Positions 50,095 through 60,093 of a stretch of DNA of 64,000 nt are shown here, in pieces. Numbering within the stretch: the first letter of the stretch is position 1; each line of letters begins with the position of its first letter. The notes under the pieces were generated by a model that saw only the letters and a list, made by a program, of their open reading frames with translations, ran no database searches and was not told the origin of the DNA. Both the position numbers and the translations under genes were made by a program. Origin of the DNA: an uncultured virus (IMG/VR IMGVR_UViG_3300027541_000229) (Duplodnaviria > Heunggongvirae > Uroviricota > Caudoviricetes); IMG/VR virus record IMGVR_UViG_3300027541_000229. The stretch is one strand, 5' to 3'.

Positions 50095-51683
50095 TAATCT
50101 GTCTCCCTATCCAACTTATCGGAATCTAGTAAAGTCGGAGCAAAATGCTCATGCAATGGCCAAGGTTCGTGTTGAGGAACTCGTTTTAGAATACTCTTGA
50201 ACTCTCCTGCCTGATATTTTTTAGGATTCCACCCCACTTCAGTACTTACACTTATATTTGATCTTAGTGCTAATGGTGTAACAAACGCTGCTGTTTCTGC
50301 AGGGGCAGCTACAACACTGCTATTCATATAGATCTTTTCTGCGCTTTCAATATGATTACTGCCGCTGCCTATATTAGTAGATCCTCCAGCGGTAAATTTA
50401 TTGTCTATATTTGTGTTAAGATTAAATGTTCCGTGAGTAGATATTTTATTATCTTTGCCTACAAGAAGATTGTAATCGTTACCAACTGTGATCTTAGCAT
50501 CGTTTGCTACTAAAAAATTTAAATCAGTCGCAACTTCAACCTGCCAGCGGCCGCTTTCTGCTTTCATATTAATATTGCGACCAGCTTCCATGTTTATATC
50601 TCTAGCTGCTTTAAGATTAAAATCTGCCTCAGTGTGTATACTGACGCAGTCAGAAGCATAGATATCTATCTTTCCCATGGATGTCATTTCTATCCATGTA
50701 GTACCTTGACTGTTGGCAATGTAGATTAAATCTTCGCTGTTATGCATCAACAACTGATGACCTGTTCTAGTTCTAATCCTAAAATATTCATTGTAAGGAA
50801 TGTCAGGTTGATAATCTTTGGTTGTCTTGGCTGTGGTAATATCTACATATTCAACAGGACCTTCATCGGCTGGTTTTTTTCTATGGTAACGATCATCTCC
50901 GTCATCCATGGTAATAGTAGTTCCACCAAGACGACTTACCGGAACTGGATTGGTTGTTTCATCTTGTATTCTACCAATCTTAGCCTTCTTGGCATTTTCT
51001 CTCCTATCTAACGGTCCTGGTGTACTGATTCCAAATACCGAACTCGGAGCTTCTCTTCTAGATGTTGAAGTCGTAACTCCTCTAACATCGTCTTCTAAAA
51101 GTCCTTGTTGTAAGAAGGCGTCAGCAATAGGGTGTACTGGTTTTTTTATCTTATCCGTATCGATCTGTGTTTCATCGCCTTCATTAGGATTACCGTTGAG
51201 ACGTTTGTTAACTTCACCAACTGGCAAAGGCATCTTGGTATTATATTTCTTTTTATCTTCTTCTGTGAGTTCTACTTCAGTAGTACCACCTATAGACGGA
51301 ACCATATTATTAGCAAAGCGTGGCGGTATGCATCCAAACCAATAACCTTGGCTAGGATCTCCATCAACAAAACAAACCATAACTGTTACACCAACATCTG
51401 GTGGAACAAACCACATTCCGTAAGATTTCTGTGTATCATTGAAATCTGCTTTGTTATTTCCCATGAACTCAAAGCCAGTATAACCAAAGAATGGACTACA
51501 ATACCTTACAGTGTATGTTTGATTTTCGTCGGCTACTGTATTACCTTGCTGTCTTAAGAGCGTGACTTCTAGATCACCCATAAAACTAGGGTCAAGATGA
51601 TCTACCACTCTAGCAAGATAAGGTCCTGCTCCGATGTCTTTTGACTGTTGTAAATCTTCTGTTGGTCTAGATAATGTTGCCAT
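50094..51683 (-). CDS. gp5: Baseplate hub/central spike, gp5-like (OB-fold plus beta-helix, no lysozyme)
   Basis: A.V....DP...G.L.V, GMW..PPD.G..V.V.F..GD....YW.G, RTRTGHQ..., beta-helix repeats and C-terminal HEPW..H. Confidence 0.7.
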   Translation of the reverse strand: MATLSRPTEDLQQSKDIGAGPYLARVVDHLDPSFMGDLEVTLLRQQGNTVADENQTYTVRYCSPFFGYTGFEFMGNNKADFNDTQKSYGMWFVPPDVGVTVMVCFVDGDPSQGYWFGCIPPRFANNMVPSIGGTTEVELTEEDKKKYNTKMPLPVGEVNKRLNGNPNEGDETQIDTDKIKKPVHPIADAFLQQGLLEDDVRGVTTSTSRREAPSSVFGISTPGPLDRRENAKKAKIGRIQDETTNPVPVSRLGGTTITMDDGDDRYHRKKPADEGPVEYVDITTAKTTKDYQPDIPYNEYFRIRTRTGHQLLMHNSEDLIYIANSQGTTWIEMTSMGKIDIYASDCVSIHTEADFNLKAARDINMEAGRNINMKAESGRWQVEVATDLNFLVANDAKITVGNDYNLLVGKDNKISTHGTFNLNTNIDNKFTAGGSTNIGSGSNHIESAEKIYMNSSVVAAPAETAAFVTPLALRSNISVSTEVGWNPKKYQAGEFKSILKRVPQHEPWPLHEHFAPTLLDSDKLDRETD

Positions 51684-51695
51684 GTTTTTCCTTTA

Positions 51696-54065
51696 TTATG
51701 CCACTTGTGTTTCGCCGTTTTCTGAAGGTTGATCCGCTACTTCACCTGCATCGCCAAGGTCTTTAGCTGGTTTGACTGGTTCTTTAGTTTCAATAGCAAA
51801 CTTACTACCGCCTGGAGCAGGTGTGTTAGGTTTGCCGTAATCTGATGCTTGTCCAGGCATCCTTACGCACTTTAATTTTTGTTTGAAAACACCATCATTA
51901 AAAATATTTTCACACATTATTACTCGATAGATTCCACCAAACGGACTGCTCGCAGTTTTGCCATTAGGAAAGTTATATAATCCATTACCATCTATCAGTC
52001 CTTCGTTAATATCAATAGGAGATCTAAAACCTATATGTATGTAAACATCATTTCCTTCATAGTGAGCCGTACCGTCTTTAGTAATCTGACTCACTCCGCC
52101 ACCGCCAACCGGCTGAGCAAAATAATTCCCCATTCCGCTGTCAATCATCCAATAAGGGTCGCCTAGAGTTTCTAGATCTATAGTGACCATGTCTGCGCTG
52201 CTGCCTTTAACGAATGCGCTATGGAAAGCTTCTGCAACTTCTTTTTCAGTCGAAGTTCCTGAAGAACCGCCTTTAAACTTACTGATCAAATCTGGATCTC
52301 TAAATGGTCTAGCTCTACCCGTATTAGCTGTCAACCCGGCTTTGTCTGCATCACCCGATCCAGTTTCTGTTTTCTTAGGAAGATTTTCAGCTGTTCCTTG
52401 CCCGTCTGGCGATGCCTGTTTGCCTGCTTTAGCTTCGGCACTAGGGTTCACACCTGCATAGAACAGATTGTTAATATTAATATCAAACTTGAGAATGTCT
52501 ACGTTCTTGCCAGTGTAGATATAGTTGTAGGACTTGCATATTTTTGTAGCTAAGTCTCCGTATCCTTCGGGACTAGCTGTTGCTGCACTGAAAACGCTTT
52601 CGTGAACTAAAAAAGGAACTACTCTAAAAATTATCTTTCTAGCATAGTCACCTGTTAATGAATCAAACTTGTCTTGTTGAAACATTATTTGTATATCAAG
52701 TTTAAACCATTTGATAAAACCGTTAGTGACATTTTCTTTTTTAAGAGCATTCATGCCATAGTCAGAGCTAACAATGACTTGATTGATAATAGATGTCAGC
52801 GATTGTGATTGAGAAAACTGGAAGGTCCTGCTCTTAGGATCTATCGCCATTTTATCTCGTTTCACTATACCAGTTTTTTCATCTCTCACATCACCATTGC
52901 GCTTTGGTACAAATGTTCCCCCAGAACTCTGAGAAAACCCAAAACTTGATTTTCCTATAGGATTGTTTCCATAGTTTCCTGCACCACCTAGGTTAGGAGC
53001 AAGGTTAGTTCCTAAGATAGTTTTTTTCTCAGCAGCATTAGGATTTACTGTGGCTTTCTTTTCTTCTAGGGGCGGATTCCCTGTAAACATCTCATAAGTG
53101 TTATCAGGAAACTGTATTTCATACACGTCCGGAAATAAAATCTTCTTTTCTTCTACTAGACGTTTTTCATTTTCATTGATAGTTCTACATAGACTCTTTT
53201 CACCGGTCACTAAAAGATCACCAACTGTTCCTGGTTCAAAGCCGCCTTCGGCTGTACCTTTACCTGTAGTTCCAGATATCGATATGTCTGTGTAGGTAAT
53301 GTTTGTAGCATCAGCAAACCCTTGATGGTTCCATGGGATTCCTTCTACTTTATATGTGCTGCCGCCTTCATTGACGCTAAACTTACAACTAACTAGTTTT
53401 AGTGTAAAGAATTTAGGTTTTACAGCGGTATAGATATTTCCAACATCATCATAACCTTGGATGTCTAATCTTAAAACAAATGGAGCATTTTGTAGATAGT
53501 TTACATAGCCTGCGTTGACTGCTGCTACCTGCATACTTTGTAACAGTAATCCCATACTGTAAGGTTCATAAATGTCAAAACTAAACTTAATAGCATTGCT
53601 GTTCCCTGTCTGCGTATTTGCAGAAATAACAGCATTCATAGAAAAGTTGTTGACAAAAAATTCAGGCGATCCGTATGCGGTTTTTACTCTGTTTGAATCA
53701 AATCTTCCTGCAGACGAAAATACAACATATTTTAAATCGTTGGGACTATTTCTGTAAGATGCAGGATTATTAAACTGTGCAGGGGTTAGACAAGCCAGTG
53801 TCCAAAGAGGAGCATATGATGCATATTTTTCCAAAGGGTTAGGTATAACATTTGTTAACTGAGCTTCTATATTTGCACTAGTCTTTGTGGTATCTTGTAG
53901 TAAACTGCTGGCTCCTCCTACTATAGAATCTATAGCTCTAGCAGGATTTAAAAATGTCGAACGTAGAGCCGAGCCTGCGTTGAGTGCATTTCCAACAACA
54001 TTCTGTACTATGTTAGTACCGTCGGGCTTACGAATAGCATCTGTAATAGAATCAAACCAGGCCAT
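51696..54065 (-). CDS. Putative baseplate hub/tail protein
   Basis: 789-aa ORF between gp53-like and gp5-like genes; C-terminal GDP.W and G.Y.V....N.F..G.F.Q.L resemble hub proteins. Confidence 0.55.
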   Translation of the reverse strand: MAWFDSITDAIRKPDGTNIVQNVVGNALNAGSALRSTFLNPARAIDSIVGGASSLLQDTTKTSANIEAQLTNVIPNPLEKYASYAPLWTLACLTPAQFNNPASYRNSPNDLKYVVFSSAGRFDSNRVKTAYGSPEFFVNNFSMNAVISANTQTGNSNAIKFSFDIYEPYSMGLLLQSMQVAAVNAGYVNYLQNAPFVLRLDIQGYDDVGNIYTAVKPKFFTLKLVSCKFSVNEGGSTYKVEGIPWNHQGFADATNITYTDISISGTTGKGTAEGGFEPGTVGDLLVTGEKSLCRTINENEKRLVEEKKILFPDVYEIQFPDNTYEMFTGNPPLEEKKATVNPNAAEKKTILGTNLAPNLGGAGNYGNNPIGKSSFGFSQSSGGTFVPKRNGDVRDEKTGIVKRDKMAIDPKSRTFQFSQSQSLTSIINQVIVSSDYGMNALKKENVTNGFIKWFKLDIQIMFQQDKFDSLTGDYARKIIFRVVPFLVHESVFSAATASPEGYGDLATKICKSYNYIYTGKNVDILKFDININNLFYAGVNPSAEAKAGKQASPDGQGTAENLPKKTETGSGDADKAGLTANTGRARPFRDPDLISKFKGGSSGTSTEKEVAEAFHSAFVKGSSADMVTIDLETLGDPYWMIDSGMGNYFAQPVGGGGVSQITKDGTAHYEGNDVYIHIGFRSPIDINEGLIDGNGLYNFPNGKTASSPFGGIYRVIMCENIFNDGVFKQKLKCVRMPGQASDYGKPNTPAPGGSKFAIETKEPVKPAKDLGDAGEVADQPSENGETQVA

Positions 54066-54066
54066 A

Positions 54067-54369
54067 TTAAACTCCTAGAAACTTTTGTAGATTACTTTTC
54101 TTAGGAATATAAATGGTCACTCCTGGTTCAAAGTCATAGATAGGATCTCTAATAACATTCATATTCCTTTGAACAAACACCCACCATAGTTTAGATGTTC
54201 CATAAAGATCATAGGCAAGAAGATCTGGCCTATGCTTATATTGATTTTCTATAGTATATTTGAAATCATCTGGTTCTGCAGGAACTGGACGAATAGTTAA
54301 CAACTCCATGTACAGGTTGTTAATATTTGTACTAGCCCACGGAGATGTTTCAGGATATAGTTCTGACAT
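54067..54369 (-). CDS. gp53: Baseplate wedge gp53-like (LysM-like) protein
   Basis: RPDLLAYDLYG...LWWV....N...DP..DF..G..I.IP. Confidence 0.75.
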   Translation of the reverse strand: MSELYPETSPWASTNINNLYMELLTIRPVPAEPDDFKYTIENQYKHRPDLLAYDLYGTSKLWWVFVQRNMNVIRDPIYDFEPGVTIYIPKKSNLQKFLGV

Positions 54370-54370
54370 A

Positions 54371-55492
54371 TTAAATGAATCCTACCGTAGAGTTACCAGC
54401 ACGACGACCTCTTGAATAATCTTCAAGACTGAACTGACGCAATCTCGATCTGTTGTAGATTGGTGATACTGTTACACTTATAGTGCTTAATACAGGAACC
54501 CACGTTCTTGTTCCAAAGCTATCACAAAGTATGTAGTTAACGTCATCTTTTAAATCAACAGTAAATGATTTTATAATAACCGGAACGTTGTCAAACACAC
54601 TAGCACCGTAGCCTGTTAGATTACAAATGATCGGTGGGTTCCCTGCGTTTTCGCCAGTACCAAAAAACATCTTTGTAGCTGTCTTAAAAAATGTAGTTGC
54701 CGCTATCCAATATGCGCCATCTGTTGCTGTTTCGCAGGTAAAGTCGCCTGAAATCTGTATATCTTCTATTGTACTATTCTTATAAGAATAAAACTTATAG
54801 TTGCTGTGTACGGGATCGATTTCTGTGTAGTTTGATTTAGTAGTAATGTTTATAGATGGGTTGTAAGGCCAGACAACACCACCTGTATTTTCTAAAAGAC
54901 CAAACATTGGCGATTTAAACATACTCCATTGTGCGTTTATCCTAACACGCCAATCATCAGGTGCTCCTGGATTCAACTTAATAGCTGTTCCTTGTTTTGC
55001 AAAAAGCTCTCCACCAGCAGGAAGATTGATGCCTCTTCCTAGACTAAGTAAGTTATTAAGCATACCTGCTGCAGAACTAATAGTACCCGCCAATCCCATT
55101 AAACCACCTGCTAGATTTCCACCTGTGAGCTTTCCTATCGCTCCTGAAATGTCAGCAGTAATATTACTTGTGTTTGCTGCAACAGACTGTAAAGAGTTAA
55201 CGGCGCCACCTACTTGAGACTGTATCTGTCCACCGATGCCTCCGAGAGCACCAAGACTCCCAGGTATTTGATTACCGAAGTTTCCGAGACCTTGTTTAAT
55301 ATTGCCTGTGAAACTGTTTAGACCGCTGCCAATACCACCACTCTGTTGGTTGACCACTGAGTCTAAGTTGGCCTTTGCCAAGGTATTACTGGCATTGCCC
55401 ATGGCACTGCTTGCTGCGTTAGAGGCCTCTGAGATCTTAGCACCAAGTTGTTGTACCAATAAGGCCTGCGGGTTTATAGATAATCCTGCCAT
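54371..55492 (-). CDS. Tail tube initiator/baseplate-tube junction protein (gp48/gp54-like)
   Basis: Gly/Ala-rich N-terminus; C-terminal domain with PY.P.I, I.ISG.F and PP.....GYG...F..VPV.I.SF. ATG 55492 or TTG 55501 start. Confidence 0.55.
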   Translation of the reverse strand: MAGLSINPQALLVQQLGAKISEASNAASSAMGNASNTLAKANLDSVVNQQSGGIGSGLNSFTGNIKQGLGNFGNQIPGSLGALGGIGGQIQSQVGGAVNSLQSVAANTSNITADISGAIGKLTGGNLAGGLMGLAGTISSAAGMLNNLLSLGRGINLPAGGELFAKQGTAIKLNPGAPDDWRVRINAQWSMFKSPMFGLLENTGGVVWPYNPSINITTKSNYTEIDPVHSNYKFYSYKNSTIEDIQISGDFTCETATDGAYWIAATTFFKTATKMFFGTGENAGNPPIICNLTGYGASVFDNVPVIIKSFTVDLKDDVNYILCDSFGTRTWVPVLSTISVTVSPIYNRSRLRQFSLEDYSRGRRAGNSTVGFI

Positions 55493-55518
55493 TTTGAACA
55501 AATTTCCTCTTTATACTC

Positions 55519-55524
55519 TATTTA
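55519..55524 (-). promoter_or_regulatory. Late-promoter core TAAATA heading the tail/baseplate module
   Basis: AATAAATA on the - strand in the divergent gap, upstream of a GAGG RBS. Confidence 0.55.
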
Positions 55525-55573
55525 TTCTTAATAAAATATGCTATTATTATAAGTACTAGGAGAATGACATCTA

Positions 55574-56419
55574 ATGACTATTCCAAAAATAAAATATCTA
55601 ACAAATAAAGATCTCCTCAGAGAGATACACCTTAGTAAAAATACATATTGCAGTTTCGATAAGCCTGAACATCACGAATATGATTTGATACTGCCCAGTC
55701 TAGACAAAATCAATATTAGAACTATAGCAGAAGCCAAGAGAAATAAGGCTTCTAAGCTCAGTAAGCGAGCCTATGAAGCTGCCCAAGCAGCAGGTGGCAA
55801 AAAACTAAGCCCAAAAGATTTTGAAGTAGATTACAAAAAAGTAGCTAAGGTCGATGTAGTGTTTAGGATCATGACTTTCGAGCATATCCCGTTAGCACCA
55901 GGAAGAAAAAAGACTCTTAAAAATACTGCCGACAGCCACGAAAAAATCAACTTTCCTCCATTCCAACATTGGAAGTTTGACGACAACGATAACCTTATCT
56001 GCGTAGGTAAAAGCCACTGGAAAGGTGGGCTTGTCAAAGGTGTTTACAGCAAGGACCACGGAAAGATGACTGACAATCTTGCCCGCATGTTCTTGAAGCT
56101 CTGTGATCGTTATGCTACTCGCGGCAACGTCCGTGGCTATACCTACAATGATGAAATGAAGGGCCAGGCCATTTTGCAGCTCACACAGATAGGACTACAG
56201 TTTGACGAATCTAAATCAGATAATCCGTTTGCTTACTATACTGCTGCTGTCACTAATAGTTTCGTTCGTATCATTAATATTGAGAAGCGGAATCAAAATA
56301 TCCGAGATGATATCTTAGAAATGAACGGAATGACTCCTAGTTGGACTCGACAAAATAGTGGCAGTTCTACAGCACCAGCAGCACCAGCAGCCCCTGTAAG
56401 CAGTGATGATTGGGATTGA
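55574..56419 (+). CDS. gp55: Late-transcription sigma factor, T4 gp55-like
   Basis: Y..NKDLL.EI, N.RGYTY.DEM...A, FD..KS.NPFAY.T....NSF.R.I..EK. Confidence 0.85.
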   Translation: MTIPKIKYLTNKDLLREIHLSKNTYCSFDKPEHHEYDLILPSLDKINIRTIAEAKRNKASKLSKRAYEAAQAAGGKKLSPKDFEVDYKKVAKVDVVFRIMTFEHIPLAPGRKKTLKNTADSHEKINFPPFQHWKFDDNDNLICVGKSHWKGGLVKGVYSKDHGKMTDNLARMFLKLCDRYATRGNVRGYTYNDEMKGQAILQLTQIGLQFDESKSDNPFAYYTAAVTNSFVRIINIEKRNQNIRDDILEMNGMTPSWTRQNSGSSTAPAAPAAPVSSDDWD

Positions 56420-56444
56420 CTTGATTCAAAAAGAATTGTACACT
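56416..56444 (+). promoter_or_regulatory. Sigma70-type promoter for gp47/gp46
   Basis: TTGACT (56416-21), 17-nt spacer, TACACT (56439-44), then a GGAG RBS. Confidence 0.65.
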
Positions 56445-56466
56445 ATTAGTGGAGTAGACAAAATCA

Positions 56467-57471
56467 ATGTTTAAAAAAGTTGCCTGTTTTACAGACATCC
56501 ATTTTGGATTAAAATCTGGTAGTAGGATCCACAATCAAGACTGCGAAGATTTCGTAGATTGGTTCTGCGAAACTGCCAAACAAGAAGGTGCAGAAACCTG
56601 TATCTTCCTTGGTGACTGGCATCATAATCGATCAACGACTGATGTTAGTACCATGAACTATACTGTTAGCAATCTAGAAAAACTAAACAACAGTTTTGAT
56701 CATGTATATCTGATCATGGGCAACCATGATGAATACTACAAGGACAAACGTGAAATACACAGCCTAGAGTTTGCTAGACTGTTTCCTAATATCACGGTAG
56801 TGAACCAAACCATAACTGATGGCGATGTAACTATCATGCCATGGCTTGTTGGTGACGAGTGGCAGAAGATTCCTAAGATCAAGAGCCGTTATATGTTTTC
56901 GCATCTTGAGCTTCCGCATTTTTATATGAACGCCATGGTGCAGATGCCAGACCACGGTCAGTTGCAGTCTACACACTTTGCTAATCAAGAATATGTGTTT
57001 ACAGGGCATTTCCATAAACGACAGACCAAAGGCAATATCGTTTACATCGGCAATGCGTTTCCGCACAACTATGCAGATTCGTTTGATGACGATCGAGGTA
57101 TGATGCTGCTTGAATGGGGTAAGGAGCCTGTTTATAAGACATGGCCTGGTCAACCCATTTATAGGACCTATAAGCTAAGTCAAATCATTGATACTCCCGA
57201 CAAGCTATTGCGTGAAAAGATGCATTGTCGTGTTACTATTGACTTGCCTATCACTTTTGAAGAAGCTAACTTTATCAAAGAACAGTTCATGCCACAATAT
57301 AATCTGCGTGAACTGATGCTTATTCCTGAAAAAGTAGAAGTTGAAAGTAATGCTGTAGCGATAGATCTTAAGTTTGAAAGCGTCGATACTATCGTCATGA
57401 ACCAAATCAATGCTATCGAAAGCGATACCTATGACAAAAAACTGTTACTGGAGATCTATAGAGACCTATGA
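56467..57471 (+). CDS. gp47: Recombination nuclease, Mre11/SbcD-like (T4 gp47)
   Basis: Metallophosphoesterase motifs DIHFG, FLGD, GNHD and GHFH. Confidence 0.92.
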   Translation: MFKKVACFTDIHFGLKSGSRIHNQDCEDFVDWFCETAKQEGAETCIFLGDWHHNRSTTDVSTMNYTVSNLEKLNNSFDHVYLIMGNHDEYYKDKREIHSLEFARLFPNITVVNQTITDGDVTIMPWLVGDEWQKIPKIKSRYMFSHLELPHFYMNAMVQMPDHGQLQSTHFANQEYVFTGHFHKRQTKGNIVYIGNAFPHNYADSFDDDRGMMLLEWGKEPVYKTWPGQPIYRTYKLSQIIDTPDKLLREKMHCRVTIDLPITFEEANFIKEQFMPQYNLRELMLIPEKVEVESNAVAIDLKFESVDTIVMNQINAIESDTYDKKLLLEIYRDL

Positions 57472-59249
57472 TAAAGATTAAAAATCTAACAGTTAGAAAC
57501 TTTATGAGCGTGGGCAACCAAACCCAAGCTATCGACTTTGACCGTGGACAGCTGACCTTAGTCTTAGGTGAAAATCTAGATCTAGGAGGTGATGACTCTG
57601 GCGCCCGTAACGGAACAGGCAAAACTACAATCATCAACGGACTGAGCTACGCTATCTATGGTCAAGCCCTAACTAACATCAAGCGTGATAATCTTATCAA
57701 TAAGATTAACAGCAAAGGTATGTTGGTTACAGTTACCTTTGAAAAAGATGGTGTTGAATATCATATCGAACGTGGACGAAAACCTAATCTTCTCAAGTTT
57801 AGTGTAAACGGAGAGGAGCAAGATCTTGAAAATGCCACTGACGAAAGTCAAGGCGACTCTCGAGAAACACAAAAAGCTATCGAAGAAATATTTCCAATGA
57901 CCCATGAGATGTTTAAACATCTTGTGGCGCTGAATACCTATACTGAACCGTTCCTTAGTATGAAGGCTGCTGATCAACGAGCCATCATTGAACAGCTATT
58001 AGGTATTACTCTGCTCAGTGAAAAAGCAGAAAATCTCAAAGAACAAGTTAAACTAACCAAAGATGCTATCAACAGTGAAAACACAAGGATTGAAACTGTT
58101 AAAGCATCTAACGATCGCATACAACAAAGCATCGAAGCACTAGAAAGAAAACAAAAACTGTGGGAAGAACAAAAGACCAAAGCAGTCACTGACCTACAGA
58201 AAAGCATCGATGTACTGTCAACTATTGATATTGAGCAAGAGATCTCAAATCAACGTGCTCTAGAAGAATGGAATAAGAATAAAAAGGAACGTGATAGAGT
58301 ACAGGCTCTGTTGGCTAAGTCTATAGCCACACTAGAAAAAGAACAAAAGACTCTTAAAAAACTAGAATCTGAGTTGGTCTTGTTAGCTGAACACAAGTGT
58401 CATAGCTGTGGTCAGGATCTGCATGACCACAAGCACGAAGAAATGATGACTAATAAGGTCAAACAGATCGATGACGCACAGTCCTTTATAGATAACCATG
58501 CCGATGATCTAATGAAACTGCAAGGCGAAATGGATCTACTAGGAGAACAAACTGATTGTCCTAAGGTTGTCTATGAAAATCTAGAAGAAGCACTTAATCA
58601 TAAGAACACTATCGAAGGCCTTACTAAAGATCTACAGACTAAAACTTCTGAAGTAAACCCCTATCAAGAACAGATCGAAGAACTTAAGAAAACTGCGGTA
58701 CAAGAGATTGATTGGGATCAACTAAATGAACTAGTACGAGTTAAAGAGCATCAAGAGTTTCTATACAAACTACTCACTAACAAAGATAGTTTTGTACGCA
58801 AACGCATCATTGATCAGAATCTAGCGTTCTTAAATCAGCGATTGACCTATTATCTCGATAAGATTGGTCTGCCTCATATCGTCGAGTTTCAAAATGACCT
58901 AAGTGTCATCATTACACAGCTAGGTCAAGATCTAGATTTTGATAATCTAAGCCGAGGAGAACGTAATAGGTTGATACTAAGTCTAAGTTGGGCGTTCCGT
59001 GATGTGTGGGAGAATCTATATCATAACATCAACTTGCTGTTTATTGACGAGTTAGTAGATAGCGGCATGGACGCCAGCGGTGTTGAATCTAGTATCGCTG
59101 TATTAAAACGCATGACTCGTGAACGCGATAAGAATGTGTTCTTGATCAGCCATAGAGATGATCTAACTAATCGTGTAAACCATGTGTTAAAAGTTATTAA
59201 AGAAAACGGTTTTACTAGTTATAGCAATGACGTGGAGATCGTAGCGTGA
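57468..59249 (+). CDS. gp46: Recombination ATPase, Rad50/SbcC-like (T4 gp46)
   Basis: Walker A NGTGKT, coiled coil with CHSC hook, LSRGE signature, Walker B FIDE and ISH. Confidence 0.92.
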   Translation: MIKIKNLTVRNFMSVGNQTQAIDFDRGQLTLVLGENLDLGGDDSGARNGTGKTTIINGLSYAIYGQALTNIKRDNLINKINSKGMLVTVTFEKDGVEYHIERGRKPNLLKFSVNGEEQDLENATDESQGDSRETQKAIEEIFPMTHEMFKHLVALNTYTEPFLSMKAADQRAIIEQLLGITLLSEKAENLKEQVKLTKDAINSENTRIETVKASNDRIQQSIEALERKQKLWEEQKTKAVTDLQKSIDVLSTIDIEQEISNQRALEEWNKNKKERDRVQALLAKSIATLEKEQKTLKKLESELVLLAEHKCHSCGQDLHDHKHEEMMTNKVKQIDDAQSFIDNHADDLMKLQGEMDLLGEQTDCPKVVYENLEEALNHKNTIEGLTKDLQTKTSEVNPYQEQIEELKKTAVQEIDWDQLNELVRVKEHQEFLYKLLTNKDSFVRKRIIDQNLAFLNQRLTYYLDKIGLPHIVEFQNDLSVIITQLGQDLDFDNLSRGERNRLILSLSWAFRDVWENLYHNINLLFIDELVDSGMDASGVESSIAVLKRMTRERDKNVFLISHRDDLTNRVNHVLKVIKENGFTSYSNDVEIVA

Positions 59250-59866
59250 ACATCAACAGTAGAATCATAGCTTTGTCAAACATGACCCTTCTTAGGGCAG
59301 AAGTTCCTGTCAATCTTTTAAGGATAATGTTAGATGAAATAGATCAAATAGAAAAAGACGAGGGGTCTGCAGAAGAAACTAAGTCTGGACTATCTTCTCC
59401 TGGCGTTCCTAAGCACTATAGATTTACCAAGTCTACAGAAGATCTACTAAAGGAGTATATTTTAGAATGTACTCAAATGTATAGAGAAAGTTGTCACTAT
59501 TTAAAGACCTTTGATTCTCCTAAAGTTGAACCGCAATATTATTGCGAACGTCCATGGATTAACTTTCAAAGAGCTGGAGAGTTTCTTCCTAATCATATGC
59601 ATGGCGGTGTACTAAGTTATACCATATGGCTAAGGATTCCGGAAGTCATTGACGATACTAAAGATCCATTCTCTGGACAACTAGAGTTTACCTACACAGA
59701 TATGCTAGGAAGAACTCAAGGTGCTACTATGGGTGTTAACAAATACAGCGTTGGACAGACTATGTTATTTCCTAGTCTACTAAGACACTGTGTATATCCA
59801 TTTAGCAACTCTGACGAAATACGAATATCTGTATCAGGTAATGTGTTTCTTGGACAAGAACCGTGA
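59246..59866 (+). CDS. Putative 2OG-Fe(II) oxygenase
   Basis: WIN....GE..P.H.H...LS...W, G.LEF, FPS.L.H.V.P and RISVSGN. Confidence 0.75.
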   Translation: MNINSRIIALSNMTLLRAEVPVNLLRIMLDEIDQIEKDEGSAEETKSGLSSPGVPKHYRFTKSTEDLLKEYILECTQMYRESCHYLKTFDSPKVEPQYYCERPWINFQRAGEFLPNHMHGGVLSYTIWLRIPEVIDDTKDPFSGQLEFTYTDMLGRTQGATMGVNKYSVGQTMLFPSLLRHCVYPFSNSDEIRISVSGNVFLGQEP

Positions 59867-60093
59867 GTACAGAATCACACGACAAGATGATTGCTGCTTT
59901 TCAAGAATATTTCAAGTGGCAAGAACGATTTGAATACAAGCACAGCGACGAAGCTGGCATTAAGGCACGATTTTGGCTATCAGAAATACGCAATGAGGCA
60001 TCAAAAAGGCGAGTAGAAATACAAGAAAAACGCAAGGAAAGGCGCAAAGCCAGAAAAGGCATGAGAGGCAAACCACTGTCTATAACTAAATGA
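59863..60093 (+). CDS. Small basic protein, possibly Hc1-like DNA-binding
   Basis: F......AG.KAR..L.EI...A..RR.EIQ pattern and a K/R-rich tail. Confidence 0.5.
   Translation: MSTESHDKMIAAFQEYFKWQERFEYKHSDEAGIKARFWLSEIRNEASKRRVEIQEKRKERRKARKGMRGKPLSITK

Noticed and set aside
24383..54078. Many + strand ORFs of 60-160 aa inside the tail module
   Set aside because: Antisense shadows of long minus-strand structural genes, with no independent signals.
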